Below, piece by piece: positions 9,666 through 19,511 of a stretch of DNA of 64,000 nucleotides. The translations under genes were made by a program, and so were the position numbers. The first letter of the stretch is position 1. Every line of letters starts with the position of its first letter. The notes under the pieces are model-generated. The model ran no database searches and was not told where the DNA came from. It saw only the letters and a list, made by a program, of their open reading frames with translations. Origin of the DNA: an uncultured Candidatus Saccharibacteria bacterium (lineage in GTDB: Bacteria; Patescibacteriota; Dojkabacteria; SC72); assembly GCA_964514595.1 (NCBI GenBank), contig CAZEQZ010000002.1:185663-249662 (forward strand), read 5' to 3'.

Positions 9666-9694
9666 ATTATATCAAAGGAATACCTTTAATTCAA
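9666..9694 (-). promoter_or_regulatory. Sigma70 promoter for infA-rpmJ-alpha operon
   Basis: TTGAAT-17 nt-TATAAT with TGn extended -10. Confidence 0.7.
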
Positions 9695-9773
9695 CAAAAA
9701 TAGTTGAACCATGGTTGTTTTCACTAACAAAGGAACAGAGAAAGCATAACAAAAAAAAAGAATATTTACAAGA

Positions 9774-10418
9774 TCATAGTCCGAGAACTTTAACAACATT
9801 ATCATGTATCTCCTCTATCCCAGGATTAGCGTCTATTTCTATCAATATCCCTCTATTTCTATACTCCTCCAAGATGGGAGTTATCGTCCTGCCGTATTCC
9901 AAAAGCCTTTTCACTATCTTCTCGGGCTTGTCATCCTCCCTTTGAGAAAGAATCGTACCACATTTATCACAGTATCCATCCACTTTTTCCTTCTTATATT
10001 TAGTGTGGTATGTCGCATCACAATTAGTACACACCCTTCTTAAAGACATCCTTTCTATTGCAGCATCCTCTCCGAGGTTGAAATGTACAAAATAATCTAA
10101 TTTTTTACCACTTTGCTTGAGAAGATTATCAAACATAGGGATTTGCCCCTCTTCTCTTACAACGGAAACGAATACCCAATCTTTAGAATCATCATACTCG
10201 TTCAACCACCTGGACAACATTCTGTACACAAGTTCATTGGGAACAAACAATCCCTTTGACCAATATTGATGAGCCCTAATACCATCCATATCACCATTCG
10301 CATACATCTTCCGAAACATTTCACCTGTCCCAATACTTTGAAAATCATACTTGGATACAAGCAATTCAGCTTGAGTATCCTTACCTGAGCCAGACGGACC
10401 ATGAAAAAGAATAGTCAT
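9774..10418 (-). CDS. adk: Adenylate kinase
   Basis: GPSGSGKDTQ P-loop, Zn LID CTNC...CDKCG, QREDD. Confidence 0.95.
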   Translation of the reverse strand: MTILFHGPSGSGKDTQAELLVSKYDFQSIGTGEMFRKMYANGDMDGIRAHQYWSKGLFVPNELVYRMLSRWLNEYDDSKDWVFVSVVREEGQIPMFDNLLKQSGKKLDYFVHFNLGEDAAIERMSLRRVCTNCDATYHTKYKKEKVDGYCDKCGTILSQREDDKPEKIVKRLLEYGRTITPILEEYRNRGILIEIDANPGIEEIHDNVVKVLGL

Positions 10419-10528
10419 AGTTATACTACGTCGAGTTTATTTGAGAATATTGTATCACAAATAACTATCGAGTTAATGTCAACAAGAATTAATATGCTAT
10501 GGGCATTTAATATAAATTTAATTTTTAT

Positions 10529-11002
10529 ATGATAAAACTAAACATGAAGAGAATAAAAAATAAAAAGAATATGATTCTGCACGTTTACAACAGAGGGAAC
10601 CGGAAGGAAGAAATTTGCCTCGATAGAAAAGACTACATCTTTCTATACAATTTATTTTCTTACCACTTTCAACAAAATAATTTTGATTTATTGAGCTTTT
10701 GTATCTTACCAAACCATTACCATTTACTTGCTGTACAAAAAGGTAATGTCGACATTGCCGTCCCTATGCAGGGGATTGCAGCCAGATACACTAAATACTT
10801 CAACAAAAAATACGGCTATTGTGGACACTTATTTCAAGGTCCTTATCAATGTAAAACAATTCATAACATTTACCAGCTTCAAATAGCGTCCAATTACTTG
10901 AACAGCAATCTGCCCAAAACAAAGAGATCTTATCCATATTTATATTTTAATCAAACCATCACACATTTTTACATCTTGAATTTTCACCTAGCCTCTTTGT
11001 GA
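10529..11002 (+). mobile_element. RAYT/IS200-like Y1 HUH transposase, possibly C-terminally eroded
   Basis: HVYNRGNRK, FCILPNHYHLL (HUH), YFNKKY..GHLFQG. The usual YIHxNP appears as YLNSNLP. No flanking hairpins were seen. Confidence 0.85.
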
Positions 11003-11081
11003 GCCCTCAAAGACCGATAGAATATTAAATTTCGACACTAAAATCTGTATAGTCCCCTACAAACCAACAAAACTCGCAAAG

Positions 11082-12347
11082 CTAGAGGTATTTATCGTAA
11101 CTCCTTACAGTCATCATAGACTCTATCTGTCTTTTGACATCCAATACTACCCCAACAACTATCAAGAGTCCTGTTCCAGAAAAAACCGCTGCGGAGATAA
11201 GCCCAGTTCTTACAAATACGTCGGGAAGAATAGATAATGTCGCTAAAAATATGGCACCTACCGCAGTTAGTCTGAAACTCACCCTCCTCAAATAGTTTGC
11301 CGTATTTTCTCCCGGTCTTATTCCTTGTATGAAAGCACCCTGTTTTTGAAGATTTTCAGCCAATTCCTCTGTTTTAAATACAACGGTTAGATAGAAGAAG
11401 GAGAATGCAACTATCAATAGAAACGACAGAGTATTAAAAAAATACGGATTTTCTAAAAGATTCATTACCGTATTTGTGAAATTTGTAATATTTGGATTAA
11501 TATCCTTACTTATTATGAATTTTCCTATCAGTTGAGGGAAAGATAGAAATGACATAGCAAATATGACCGGCATCACTCCTGATTGTGTTAGCTTGATGGG
11601 TATGTAGCTTTCCAAAGCTCCTCCCGCTCTTACTCTTCGGGAGTATTGTATTTTTATTTGCCTTTCTGCTTGGGTAATAATTATTACTGCTACAACAAGA
11701 ATTATAGAGAAAACAATGAAGACTGTTTTTTGAAAGGAATCCATAGTTAGGAAATTAGACCTCAAGGTTCCAGGGATACCCGAAAGTATACCAAGCATAA
11801 TAAGGTATGAAGATCCGCCTCCGAGACCATCTTCGGAGACTATCTCTCCAAACCACATCATCATTATAGATCCAGCTGTTAAAGTGGCTGACATTGTTAT
11901 CAATTCAAGAGTACCTAGAGTTTCTATTAGTCCAAATCCTCTTAGGGTGGAGTAAATTACAAAAGATTGGAGTATTGCTAATGGAACGGTCACTAATCTT
12001 GTGTACATAGATATTTTTCTTCTCCCCTCTGCTCCCTCTTTATTCAATTCTTCTAGCTGAGGAATAACTGTACCTAGTAATTGGAAAATGATGGAAGCAT
12101 TGATATATGGAGTTAACCCAATTGCCACTATTGATGCGGTTTCTAAGACTCCCCCAGAGACTGTGGATAGTATATCTCCAAATCCGGTGCCTTCAAATAA
12201 CTGTACAATTGCTTCAGCTGGGATTCCAGATACTGGAACAGCTGAGAGTATTCTATAAACAATAAGAATTAAAAGGGAGAAGATTATTTTTTCCCTTATT
12301 TCCTTAGTCCTAAATATGGCTTTAAATCTTTCCGTTATTTTGTTCAT
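11082..12347 (-). CDS. secY: Preprotein translocase SecY
   Basis: Multi-TM; GLTPYINASII, GVMPVIFA, GIRPGENT, GTGLLIVVGV. Confidence 0.98.
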   Translation of the reverse strand: MNKITERFKAIFRTKEIREKIIFSLLILIVYRILSAVPVSGIPAEAIVQLFEGTGFGDILSTVSGGVLETASIVAIGLTPYINASIIFQLLGTVIPQLEELNKEGAEGRRKISMYTRLVTVPLAILQSFVIYSTLRGFGLIETLGTLELITMSATLTAGSIMMMWFGEIVSEDGLGGGSSYLIMLGILSGIPGTLRSNFLTMDSFQKTVFIVFSIILVVAVIIITQAERQIKIQYSRRVRAGGALESYIPIKLTQSGVMPVIFAMSFLSFPQLIGKFIISKDINPNITNFTNTVMNLLENPYFFNTLSFLLIVAFSFFYLTVVFKTEELAENLQKQGAFIQGIRPGENTANYLRRVSFRLTAVGAIFLATLSILPDVFVRTGLISAAVFSGTGLLIVVGVVLDVKRQIESMMTVRSYDKYL

Positions 12348-12358
12348 TAGCTTTAAGA

Positions 12359-12802
12359 CTATTTAACACTACCTCCGGCCTTTACTATTTTCTCTTCCGC
12401 AACAGGAGACATCAAGATTCCCTCTATGGAAACTTTCTTTGAAATTTCTCCTCTTCCTAATATTTTTATTTCAGTACTATTTTTCTTAACCAAACCCTTT
12501 TCCTTCAAAATCTCGGGAGTTACTTTATCACCAGATTTAAAGTTTTCTGCCACTGTATCTATATTTATAACTTGGGTTTTTATATTAGATTTGCTTTTAA
12601 AGCCATTATATTTAGGCATTCTTCTATAAAAAGGGACATTCCCTCCTTCAAATGCAACTAAGGATTTGTGACCAGACCTTGATTTCTGTCCTTTGGTACC
12701 TCTGCCCACTGTATGTCCACCTACACCAGATCCGTATCCTCTTCCCAATCTTTTGGCCTTCTTTATTCTGTTTTTTCTTTTTGGAATGTTTTCTAGGTAC
12801 AT
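12359..12802 (-). CDS. rplO: 50S ribosomal protein L15
   Basis: RLGRGYGSG, GRGTKGQKSRSG, FEGG. Confidence 0.97.
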   Translation of the reverse strand: MYLENIPKRKNRIKKAKRLGRGYGSGVGGHTVGRGTKGQKSRSGHKSLVAFEGGNVPFYRRMPKYNGFKSKSNIKTQVINIDTVAENFKSGDKVTPEILKEKGLVKKNSTEIKILGRGEISKKVSIEGILMSPVAEEKIVKAGGSVK

Positions 12803-13443
12803 TATTTTCTATTTCTAACTTTAGTATTTCTGTCTTTACTTCTACCTTTGCTCTTCTTTTCTGACATTCTTTTGTTTCTTTCCTGTTTTCTCTTTTTTTC
12901 ATCTTTGATTTGCTTCTCCTTATCCATTTCTTCTTTCAGCACTATTCTCTCTCTCATTCTTTTCATTTTCTTAAGAACCCTATCTTTCTTTAGTTCTTGT
13001 AAAGCTTTGAATGTACAATATGCGTTTGCATTAGGTTCTGGGCTTCCAAGTATTTTGCCATATACATTATCTACTCCTGCCAATTCCAATACTGTTCTAA
13101 CAGAAGATCCTGCTATTATTCCTGTACCTGGTCTAGCTGGCCTTAGTAGAACTTGAGCTGCTCCATACTTATATAAAATCTCGTGTGGAATCGTATCTCC
13201 TATTAACTCTATTTTCTTAATAGCTTTGGTTGCCAATCGCTCTCCTTGCTCTATAGCACTTCTTACATCAGCTCCCCTTCCTAGTGCTACTCCTACTGAT
13301 CCCTTTCTATCACCTACTACTACTACTGTACTAAATCTCAATCTCTTCCCCCCTTTAGTTACCTTAGCGACTCTCCTCACTGGGAGGGCCCTTTTATCAA
13401 ATTCCTTATTTTCTTTATTTCTGTTTCTGAAATCTCTTTCCAT
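12802..13443 (-). CDS. rpsE: 30S ribosomal protein S5 with basic C-terminal extension
   Basis: RVAKVTKGGKR, RPARPGTGIIAG. Confidence 0.97.
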   Translation of the reverse strand: MERDFRNRNKENKEFDKRALPVRRVAKVTKGGKRLRFSTVVVVGDRKGSVGVALGRGADVRSAIEQGERLATKAIKKIELIGDTIPHEILYKYGAAQVLLRPARPGTGIIAGSSVRTVLELAGVDNVYGKILGSPEPNANAYCTFKALQELKKDRVLKKMKRMRERIVLKEEMDKEKQIKDEKKRKQERNKRMSEKKSKGRSKDRNTKVRNRK

Positions 13444-13453
13444 TTATACTTTT

Positions 13454-13780
13454 CTAAATATTAACTTTTTGTTTTCTTAATTCTTCGGCGAATGTTTTAA
13501 CTAAGCCGTGATATCTATACCCACTTCTATCAAATACTAAGCTCTCGCTTTTTATTGCTTCTTTAGCAAACTTTTTAGCCATAGCAATTATATCATCACT
13601 GTTCTTTTTACACATGTATGATTTGATTACTACACTTTTTACATCGTCCGCTAATCCTGCATAGAAATATTTATTACTTTTAAAAACAAATATCCTAGGC
13701 TTAGAAGATGTCCCTCGCACATTTTTCCTGATGTGTGTTTTTCTTCTTTCTCTTTTTTGTTGTCTAGATTTTCTTACCAT
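13454..13780 (-). CDS. rplR: 50S ribosomal protein L18
   Basis: KPRIFVFKSN, VFDRSGYRYHG. Confidence 0.95.
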   Translation of the reverse strand: MVRKSRQQKRERRKTHIRKNVRGTSSKPRIFVFKSNKYFYAGLADDVKSVVIKSYMCKKNSDDIIAMAKKFAKEAIKSESLVFDRSGYRYHGLVKTFAEELRKQKVNI

Positions 13781-13797
13781 ATTTATTATTACTTACT

Positions 13798-14343
13798 TTA
13801 GTCCGACCCTAAATTAGATTTTGAGCTCTTTCTTCTGATATATTCGTTTTCATATCTAATACCTTTTCCTTTGTATGGTTCTGGTTTCTTTAATTCCCTT
13901 ATCTTGGCAGCAAACTCCCCTACTTTCTGTTTGTTAAATCCTTTAATTATTATTTTCGTTTCTTCAGGTACTTCTATTTGTATACCTTCCTCGGGTTCCA
14001 TCTCTACTGGATGATTTAATCCAAGACTCATGACCAACTTATTTCCCTCCATCCTAGCCCTATATCCCACTCCTACTAATTCCAATGTTTTTGTAAAACC
14101 ATCCTTCACACCTTCTACTGCATTACTCAACAACATTCTGTAGGTACCGTAGTTTGATCTATCCTGTTTAGTTTCCCCTTTCAAAACAATTGTAGCTGAG
14201 TTTTCTTTCACTTCCACATCTATTCCCTCTGGTATGGTTATATTTATCTCTCCCAAAGGACCTCTGACTGAGATTATACTTCCTTCCTTACTTACGGTCA
14301 CCCCTTCTTTAATTGTTACTTCTTGTTCTCCTATTCTAGACAT
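13798..14343 (-). CDS. rplF: 50S ribosomal protein L6
   Basis: MSRIG, GVGYRA, PEPYKGKGIRY. Confidence 0.98.
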   Translation of the reverse strand: MSRIGEQEVTIKEGVTVSKEGSIISVRGPLGEINITIPEGIDVEVKENSATIVLKGETKQDRSNYGTYRMLLSNAVEGVKDGFTKTLELVGVGYRARMEGNKLVMSLGLNHPVEMEPEEGIQIEVPEETKIIIKGFNKQKVGEFAAKIRELKKPEPYKGKGIRYENEYIRRKSSKSNLGSD

Positions 14344-14346
14344 TTA

Positions 14347-14730
14347 TTACCAAATTTGACATATTAATTCTCCACCTAGTTTCTTACTCTTAGCCATAGC
14401 TCCAGACATAATTCCACTTGACGTACTAATTATCGATATTCCTCTACCATTCATAACTGGTTTAATCTCATTATGAGTTACATATATTCTTTGCCCTGGT
14501 TTACTAACCTTTTTAAGAGATGCTATGACTGATTCGTTTTCATCATATTTAAGAACCACTTCTACATATCTTTCTCCCTCATTAACTAAAAAGTCACTTA
14601 TCATCTCTTCCTGTTTTAGTACTTTCAAAATTTCGATATTCATCTTCGTGTTAGGAACATTTACCTCTTCTTTTTTCCTCATTATTGCATTTTGTATTCT
14701 TGCTAACATATCTGCTATTGTATCGTTCAT
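14347..14730 (-). CDS. rpsH: 30S ribosomal protein S8
   Basis: DTIADMLARIQN, SKPGQRIY, GGELICQIW. Confidence 0.98.
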   Translation of the reverse strand: MNDTIADMLARIQNAIMRKKEEVNVPNTKMNIEILKVLKQEEMISDFLVNEGERYVEVVLKYDENESVIASLKKVSKPGQRIYVTHNEIKPVMNGRGISIISTSSGIMSGAMAKSKKLGGELICQIW

Positions 14731-14750
14731 TCTTTTTTACCTTAAATTAA

Positions 14751-14945
14751 TTACCAAATAGATTTCTTAACTCCTGGGATTTTACCCTCACTAGCTAATT
14801 TCCTAAAACATATCCTACAAAGACCATAATGCCTCATATATCCCCTAGCCCTGCCACATAATTCACATCTGTTGTGAACTCTTGTGCTAAACTTTGAGCT
14901 TTTCTTTAATTTTCTTGCTTTGTATTCTTTAGCTTCTGTTGACAT
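14751..14945 (-). CDS. rpsN: 30S ribosomal protein S14 (zinc type)
   Basis: RCELCGR...[16 protein letters not shown]; start set at MSTEAK (14945). Confidence 0.96.
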   Translation of the reverse strand: MSTEAKEYKARKLKKSSKFSTRVHNRCELCGRARGYMRHYGLCRICFRKLASEGKIPGVKKSIW

Positions 14946-15483
14946 CTTTTCTAAAAGGGAATCCAAATTTATCTAAAAGAACTCTTGCGTCTTCATCATT
15001 CTTTGATGTCGTAACGATTGTAACCTGCAAACTTCTCACTTTTGTTACATTATTAGGATCTATTTCTATAAATACTGTATGATCTTCAATACCAATTGTG
15101 TAGTTACCTGCACCATCAAAAGAGTTAGGACTTAATCCTCTGAAGTCTTTTGTTCTGGGTAATACTATATTTACCAGTTTATCAAAAAACTCCCACATCC
15201 TTTTACCTCTTAATGTTACAGATACACCTACCTCCATTCCCTGCCTTACTTTGAATGCAGATATAGCTTTCTTAGCTTTGTTTACAACAGGTTTCTGTCC
15301 AGTTATCAACGTTAACATTTCTATTATTTCTTCTAAAGCAGCACCATTTGATACTGCCTCTCCTGCACCCACATTTACTATTATTTTCTCTAGTGTGGGT
15401 ACTCGCATAGGATTATCCCATCCTTTATCTTTCATTATCTCCTTTTTTATTTTTTTATTGTATTCTTCTATTAACCTTGGCAT
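14929..15483 (-). CDS. rplE: 50S ribosomal protein L5
   Basis: [26 protein letters not shown]. Confidence 0.98.
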   Translation of the reverse strand: MPRLIEEYNKKIKKEIMKDKGWDNPMRVPTLEKIIVNVGAGEAVSNGAALEEIIEMLTLITGQKPVVNKAKKAISAFKVRQGMEVGVSVTLRGKRMWEFFDKLVNIVLPRTKDFRGLSPNSFDGAGNYTIGIEDHTVFIEIDPNNVTKVRSLQVTIVTTSKNDEDARVLLDKFGFPFRKDVNRS

Positions 15484-15899
15484 TACTCTTTCTTACTTTT
15501 TGATTTAGATTTACTTTTCTTAGTTGTCGATTTCTTCGCTACAGCTTTCTTCTCAACTTTTTTAATTTCTTTCTTCTCCTCGACTGCTGTTTTCTCCATA
15601 CTCTTACCACATTTTTTACATATTCTCTCTATTTCTTTTCCATTTTTGTTTATTCCAACTTTTGTGGGCTTATCACAAGATGGACAAACCAACATAACCT
15701 TAGACAGAGGAAATGGTTTTTCCACCGTTACTATCTCCGATGTCCTTGTCTTACCATCTCCTTTGAGATGCCTTTTGTAAAGGTTCAAGCCTTCTACTAC
15801 AACTCTGTCTCTCTTCATATCAACAGCAACCACAGGACCTCTCTTCCCTCTTTCCTTCCCGTATAGTATTTTTACTGTGTCTCCTTTTTTAATCTTCAT
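15483..15899 (-). CDS. rplX: 50S ribosomal protein L24 with Lys-rich tail
   Basis: MKIKKGDTV KOW motif, CPSC...CKKCG. Confidence 0.96.
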   Translation of the reverse strand: MKIKKGDTVKILYGKERGKRGPVVAVDMKRDRVVVEGLNLYKRHLKGDGKTRTSEIVTVEKPFPLSKVMLVCPSCDKPTKVGINKNGKEIERICKKCGKSMEKTAVEEKKEIKKVEKKAVAKKSTTKKSKSKSKSKKE

Positions 15900-15913
15900 A
15901 TTATTAATTCTAA

Positions 15914-16285
15914 TTAAAGTACCTCCGGTGCAAGAGAAACTATTTTATCAAAACCTTTCTCTTTTAATTCCCTTGCGACTGGTCCAAATATTCTTGTTCC
16001 TTTCGGTGCTTTATTCTTAGGATCTATTATCACCAAAGCATTATCATCAAATCTAACATATGTGCCATCTTTTCTTTTCATTTCCTTGTGTGTCCTTACT
16101 ATCACAGCCTTTTGTACTTCGTGCCTTTTTATACCAGTATTAGGCAGGGCTTTTTGTACCGCTACAGCAACAATATCTCCTACTTTCGCATACCTTCTTT
16201 TTGAAGCTCCAGGTATACCTATTATCTTGGCTATCTTGGCTCCGCTATTATCTGCTACTTTTAGATTTGATTCTCTCTGTATCAT
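15914..16285 (-). CDS. rplN: 50S ribosomal protein L14
   Basis: [21 protein letters not shown]. Confidence 0.98.
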   Translation of the reverse strand: MIQRESNLKVADNSGAKIAKIIGIPGASKRRYAKVGDIVAVAVQKALPNTGIKRHEVQKAVIVRTHKEMKRKDGTYVRFDDNALVIIDPKNKAPKGTRIFGPVARELKEKGFDKIVSLAPEVL

Positions 16286-16287
16286 AT

Positions 16288-16545
16288 TTATTCCTCCTTA
16301 CTTATTACTAACCATCTTACTTTCTTAGAGTATGGCCTACTTTCTCTTATTGTCACAACATCATTCACATTTAGTTCCATATCCGTATGAGCAAAGTATA
16401 CTTTCTTCCTTTTTACAACTTTTTTGTATACAGGATGAGCTTCTACAGTATCAACCCTAACCTTAACGGTTTTCTGCATTTTGTTGCCTATCACTACTCC
16501 CTTTATTTCTCTTTTTTTACCTATCTTTTTTATTTCTTTCTCCAT
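16288..16545 (-). CDS. rpsQ: 30S ribosomal protein S17
   Basis: [25 protein letters not shown]. Confidence 0.97.
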   Translation of the reverse strand: MEKEIKKIGKKREIKGVVIGNKMQKTVKVRVDTVEAHPVYKKVVKRKKVYFAHTDMELNVNDVVTIRESRPYSKKVRWLVISKEE

Positions 16546-16602
16546 ATCTTTTTTATTTAAATAACGGCTTGTATTCTATCAATTATTGTTATTATACTCA
16601 AG

Positions 16603-17016
16603 CTATATCTCAGTCCTTTCAACAAACTTAGTCTTTACTGACAACTTATGTCCAGCTAATTTCAATGCATCTCTGGCTGATTTTTCATCTATTCCTCCTA
16701 TTTCTACTAAAATCGTTCCAGGATTTACAACTGCAACATAGCCCTCTACAGCTCCTTTTCCTCCCAACATCTTACTGTTTGCAGACTTTTGAGTATATGG
16801 CTTGTGAGGAAATACCTTTATCCAAACTCTTCCCTTTCTTTTCGTAAAGCCAGTCATCGCTCTCCTAGCAGCTTCTAACTCTCTTGCATTTATCCAACCG
16901 TTTTCCATAGATTTGAGTCCGTACTCTCCGAAATGAACTCTATTATTGGCAGATGCTACACCTCCCATCTTCCCCCTCATTTCTTTTCTGTATTTTCTTT
17001 TTTTAGGCTGTAACAT
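16603..17016 (-). CDS. rplP: 50S ribosomal protein L16
   Basis: MLQPKKRKYRK, EAARRA, KMLGGKG. Confidence 0.98.
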   Translation of the reverse strand: MLQPKKRKYRKEMRGKMGGVASANNRVHFGEYGLKSMENGWINARELEAARRAMTGFTKRKGRVWIKVFPHKPYTQKSANSKMLGGKGAVEGYVAVVNPGTILVEIGGIDEKSARDALKLAGHKLSVKTKFVERTEI

Positions 17017-17033
17017 AGCTTTATATTAATATA

Positions 17034-17681
17034 TTATTCTTCTCTATCTATATCTTTTTTATCCCCTCTATATATCCATACCTTTACTCCCATCAATCCG
17101 GCATCAGCTGTGTTGGCAATTTCATTAGCATAATCCACGTCTGCACGAAGTGTTTGAGCTGGAACAGAGCCGGCAGAAGCTTTTACTGTTCTTGCTTGAC
17201 TAGCGTTATTTATTCTTCCAGCTACCCATATCCTCAAACCTTTAGCTCCGGATTGCATTATTTTCTCCTTAGCTGCGGCAACCAGTAACTTGGAAGGTTG
17301 TCTTCTTTCTATACCATCTGCTATTGATCTAGCAACTATTCTAGCTGACAGATCTGCTTTCTTAACCTCCCTCACTTTAAGTTCTACGTCTGATTGAGTA
17401 ATTCTTCTTAATTCCTTCTGTAGCATATCAATGCCCTCTCCACCTCTTCCTATGGCAACACCAGGTCTAGCAACATATGCTATTACTTCAATCTTATTTA
17501 AAGATTTGTGTACCTTAATACTATCCAATCCTGCGTCCTTCATAGCATCTCTAACCTTTTCCTTAATCAATATATCCTGTGCCAAGGACTTAGGATACTC
17601 CTTTTTATTAGAGTACCAAACAGAATCCCATGTTCTGTTAATTCCCATTCTTATAGCTTTTGGATTTACTTTTCTTCCCAT
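17034..17681 (-). CDS. rpsC: 30S ribosomal protein S3
   Basis: MGRKVNP, RPGVAIGRGG, TLRADVDY, GVKVWIY. Confidence 0.98.
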   Translation of the reverse strand: MGRKVNPKAIRMGINRTWDSVWYSNKKEYPKSLAQDILIKEKVRDAMKDAGLDSIKVHKSLNKIEVIAYVARPGVAIGRGGEGIDMLQKELRRITQSDVELKVREVKKADLSARIVARSIADGIERRQPSKLLVAAAKEKIMQSGAKGLRIWVAGRINNASQARTVKASAGSVPAQTLRADVDYANEIANTADAGLMGVKVWIYRGDKKDIDREE

Positions 17682-17683
17682 AA

Positions 17684-18025
17684 TTATTTAACTTTTAATT
17701 CTAAATACAAATTAGATCTTCTTTTATTTATAACTGACACCCTACCTCTAGAAGCAAATCTTGTTCTTTTTAATGTTCTTGCCTCTCCAACCTCTATATT
17801 ACTTATGTCCAAATTTTCCTTATCTACACCATGTACCTCCCTTGCATTAGCTACACCTGAAAGAATTGCCTTAATTACGGTATCTTTACCCTTTCTCTGT
17901 ATTAGGCTCAATATATCTAGCGCTTCTTCAACACTCTTCCCCCTTACAGTATCAGCTACTAGCCTTAATTTGAGTGCTGATTGTGCTATATTCTTTACTT
18001 TTACTTTTACTATTTTTTCGTCCAT
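17684..18025 (-). CDS. rplV: 50S ribosomal protein L22
   Basis: KLRLVADTVRGK, VANA, ASRGR. Confidence 0.96.
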   Translation of the reverse strand: MDEKIVKVKVKNIAQSALKLRLVADTVRGKSVEEALDILSLIQRKGKDTVIKAILSGVANAREVHGVDKENLDISNIEVGEARTLKRTRFASRGRVSVINKRRSNLYLELKVK

Positions 18026-18041
18026 ATTTTTATTTATTTAA

Positions 18042-18347
18042 TTACTCTTCAAATCTACCTGTACTACCGTATACTTTAGACAGTTTTCCTTTCTTAGCAT
18101 GTCCTCTAAATTTTCTTGTTTGAGAAAACTCTCCTAATCTATGTCCTATCATTGATTCTATAATTAATACTTCTTCATGTTTTTTACCATTGTGTACCAA
18201 GAATTTCATCCCTACCATTTCTGGTGTTATGGTAGATGCTCTGGCCCAAGTTTTAATAGGGGACATATTACCCTCAGCTTTGGCTTTGATAATCTTTTTC
18301 ATCAATTTTTCGTCTGTATATGGTCCTTTCTTTAATGATCTAGACAT
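18042..18347 (-). CDS. rpsS: 30S ribosomal protein S19
   Basis: [20 protein letters not shown]. Confidence 0.98.
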   Translation of the reverse strand: MSRSLKKGPYTDEKLMKKIIKAKAEGNMSPIKTWARASTITPEMVGMKFLVHNGKKHEEVLIIESMIGHRLGEFSQTRKFRGHAKKGKLSKVYGSTGRFEE

Positions 18348-18364
18348 AATTAAAAATCAATAAT

Positions 18365-19216
18365 TTATTTTTTAGCAAATGGTCTATTTTTAGTTCTTCT
18401 CCTTTTAACAATGAACTTTTCTGTTCTCTTATTCTTTCTTGTCCTTGTACCTATTCTATTTCCCCAAATATCTTTAGCCTGGCCTCCAACCTGTCCTTTA
18501 CCTTCTCCACCTCCATGTGGATGCTCTACTGCATGCATCGCCATACCCCTAACCTCTGGCCTCCATCCCAAGTTCCTTTTCCTACCTGCCTTCCCTAACT
18601 TAACATTCAACTTATCCTCATTACTTACCTGTCCAACAGTTGCCATACATTCTGCATATATCAATCTTATCTCCCCAGATGGCATCTTCACTTGCATATA
18701 CTTCCCCGACGTGTCTGGACCTTGTACTACAATTGCTTCTCCCGCCGACCTTCCATATTTTGCACCTCTTCCAGGATAGTCTTCTACACAGTGTACTGTG
18801 GTACCTGATGGTATATTTTTGATCATCATGGCATTCCCAGGCAATACATCTGCTTTCTCTGCAGACAGAATCTTATCCCCTATTTTAATCCCACGAGGAG
18901 CAATTATATACCTTTTTTCTCCATCAGCATACTGCAGAAGGGCCAAATGTGCTGTTCTGTTAGGATCAAAATAGAAACCTAACACTTTTGCAGGAATATT
19001 ATGTTTATCCCTCTTAAAATCAACAATCCTTACTCTCCTCTTGAAGCCACCACCTCTATGCCTAATGGTTATCTTACCTTGATTATTCCTTCCAGATCTC
19101 TGTTTTTTGGATACAGATAGCTTTCTAGGACCAGAGATCTTACTTAACTTTGATCTATCTTCTAGTTTTGTTTTTCTTCTCGTCGAAGTTGTGGGTTTAA
19201 ATGCTCTAACTGCCAT
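18365..19216 (-). CDS. rplB: 50S ribosomal protein L2
   Basis: GRNNQGKITIRHRGGG, DPNRTAH, HPHGGGEG. Confidence 0.98.
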   Translation of the reverse strand: MAVRAFKPTTSTRRKTKLEDRSKLSKISGPRKLSVSKKQRSGRNNQGKITIRHRGGGFKRRVRIVDFKRDKHNIPAKVLGFYFDPNRTAHLALLQYADGEKRYIIAPRGIKIGDKILSAEKADVLPGNAMMIKNIPSGTTVHCVEDYPGRGAKYGRSAGEAIVVQGPDTSGKYMQVKMPSGEIRLIYAECMATVGQVSNEDKLNVKLGKAGRKRNLGWRPEVRGMAMHAVEHPHGGGEGKGQVGGQAKDIWGNRIGTRTRKNKRTEKFIVKRRRTKNRPFAKK

Positions 19217-19217
19217 A

Positions 19218-19511
19218 TTATCCTTTCAAAAATTCATCTATTTTATCTCCCTTTTTAAGAGTTACTATTATTTTCAAATTGTCAGCTTTTCTACTAAATT
19301 TATTACTTCTCAAATCTCTTTTCAATTTACCTGGTCTAACAATACTATTCATATTAACTACCTTAACCTTGTATTTCTCTTCAACTGCCTTTGCCAACTC
19401 TATTTTATTTACTCCCCTAGGGACTAAAAATGTATATTTATTTAAAGCATTTGCCATAGCATAGCTTTTTTCAGATATAACTGGTTGTATTGCTATTTCT
19501 TTATTTCTCAT
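19218..19511 (-). CDS. rplW: 50S ribosomal protein L23
   Basis: PVISEKS, NKYTFLV, NKIEL; operon position. Confidence 0.95.
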   Translation of the reverse strand: MRNKEIAIQPVISEKSYAMANALNKYTFLVPRGVNKIELAKAVEEKYKVKVVNMNSIVRPGKLKRDLRSNKFSRKADNLKIIVTLKKGDKIDEFLKG

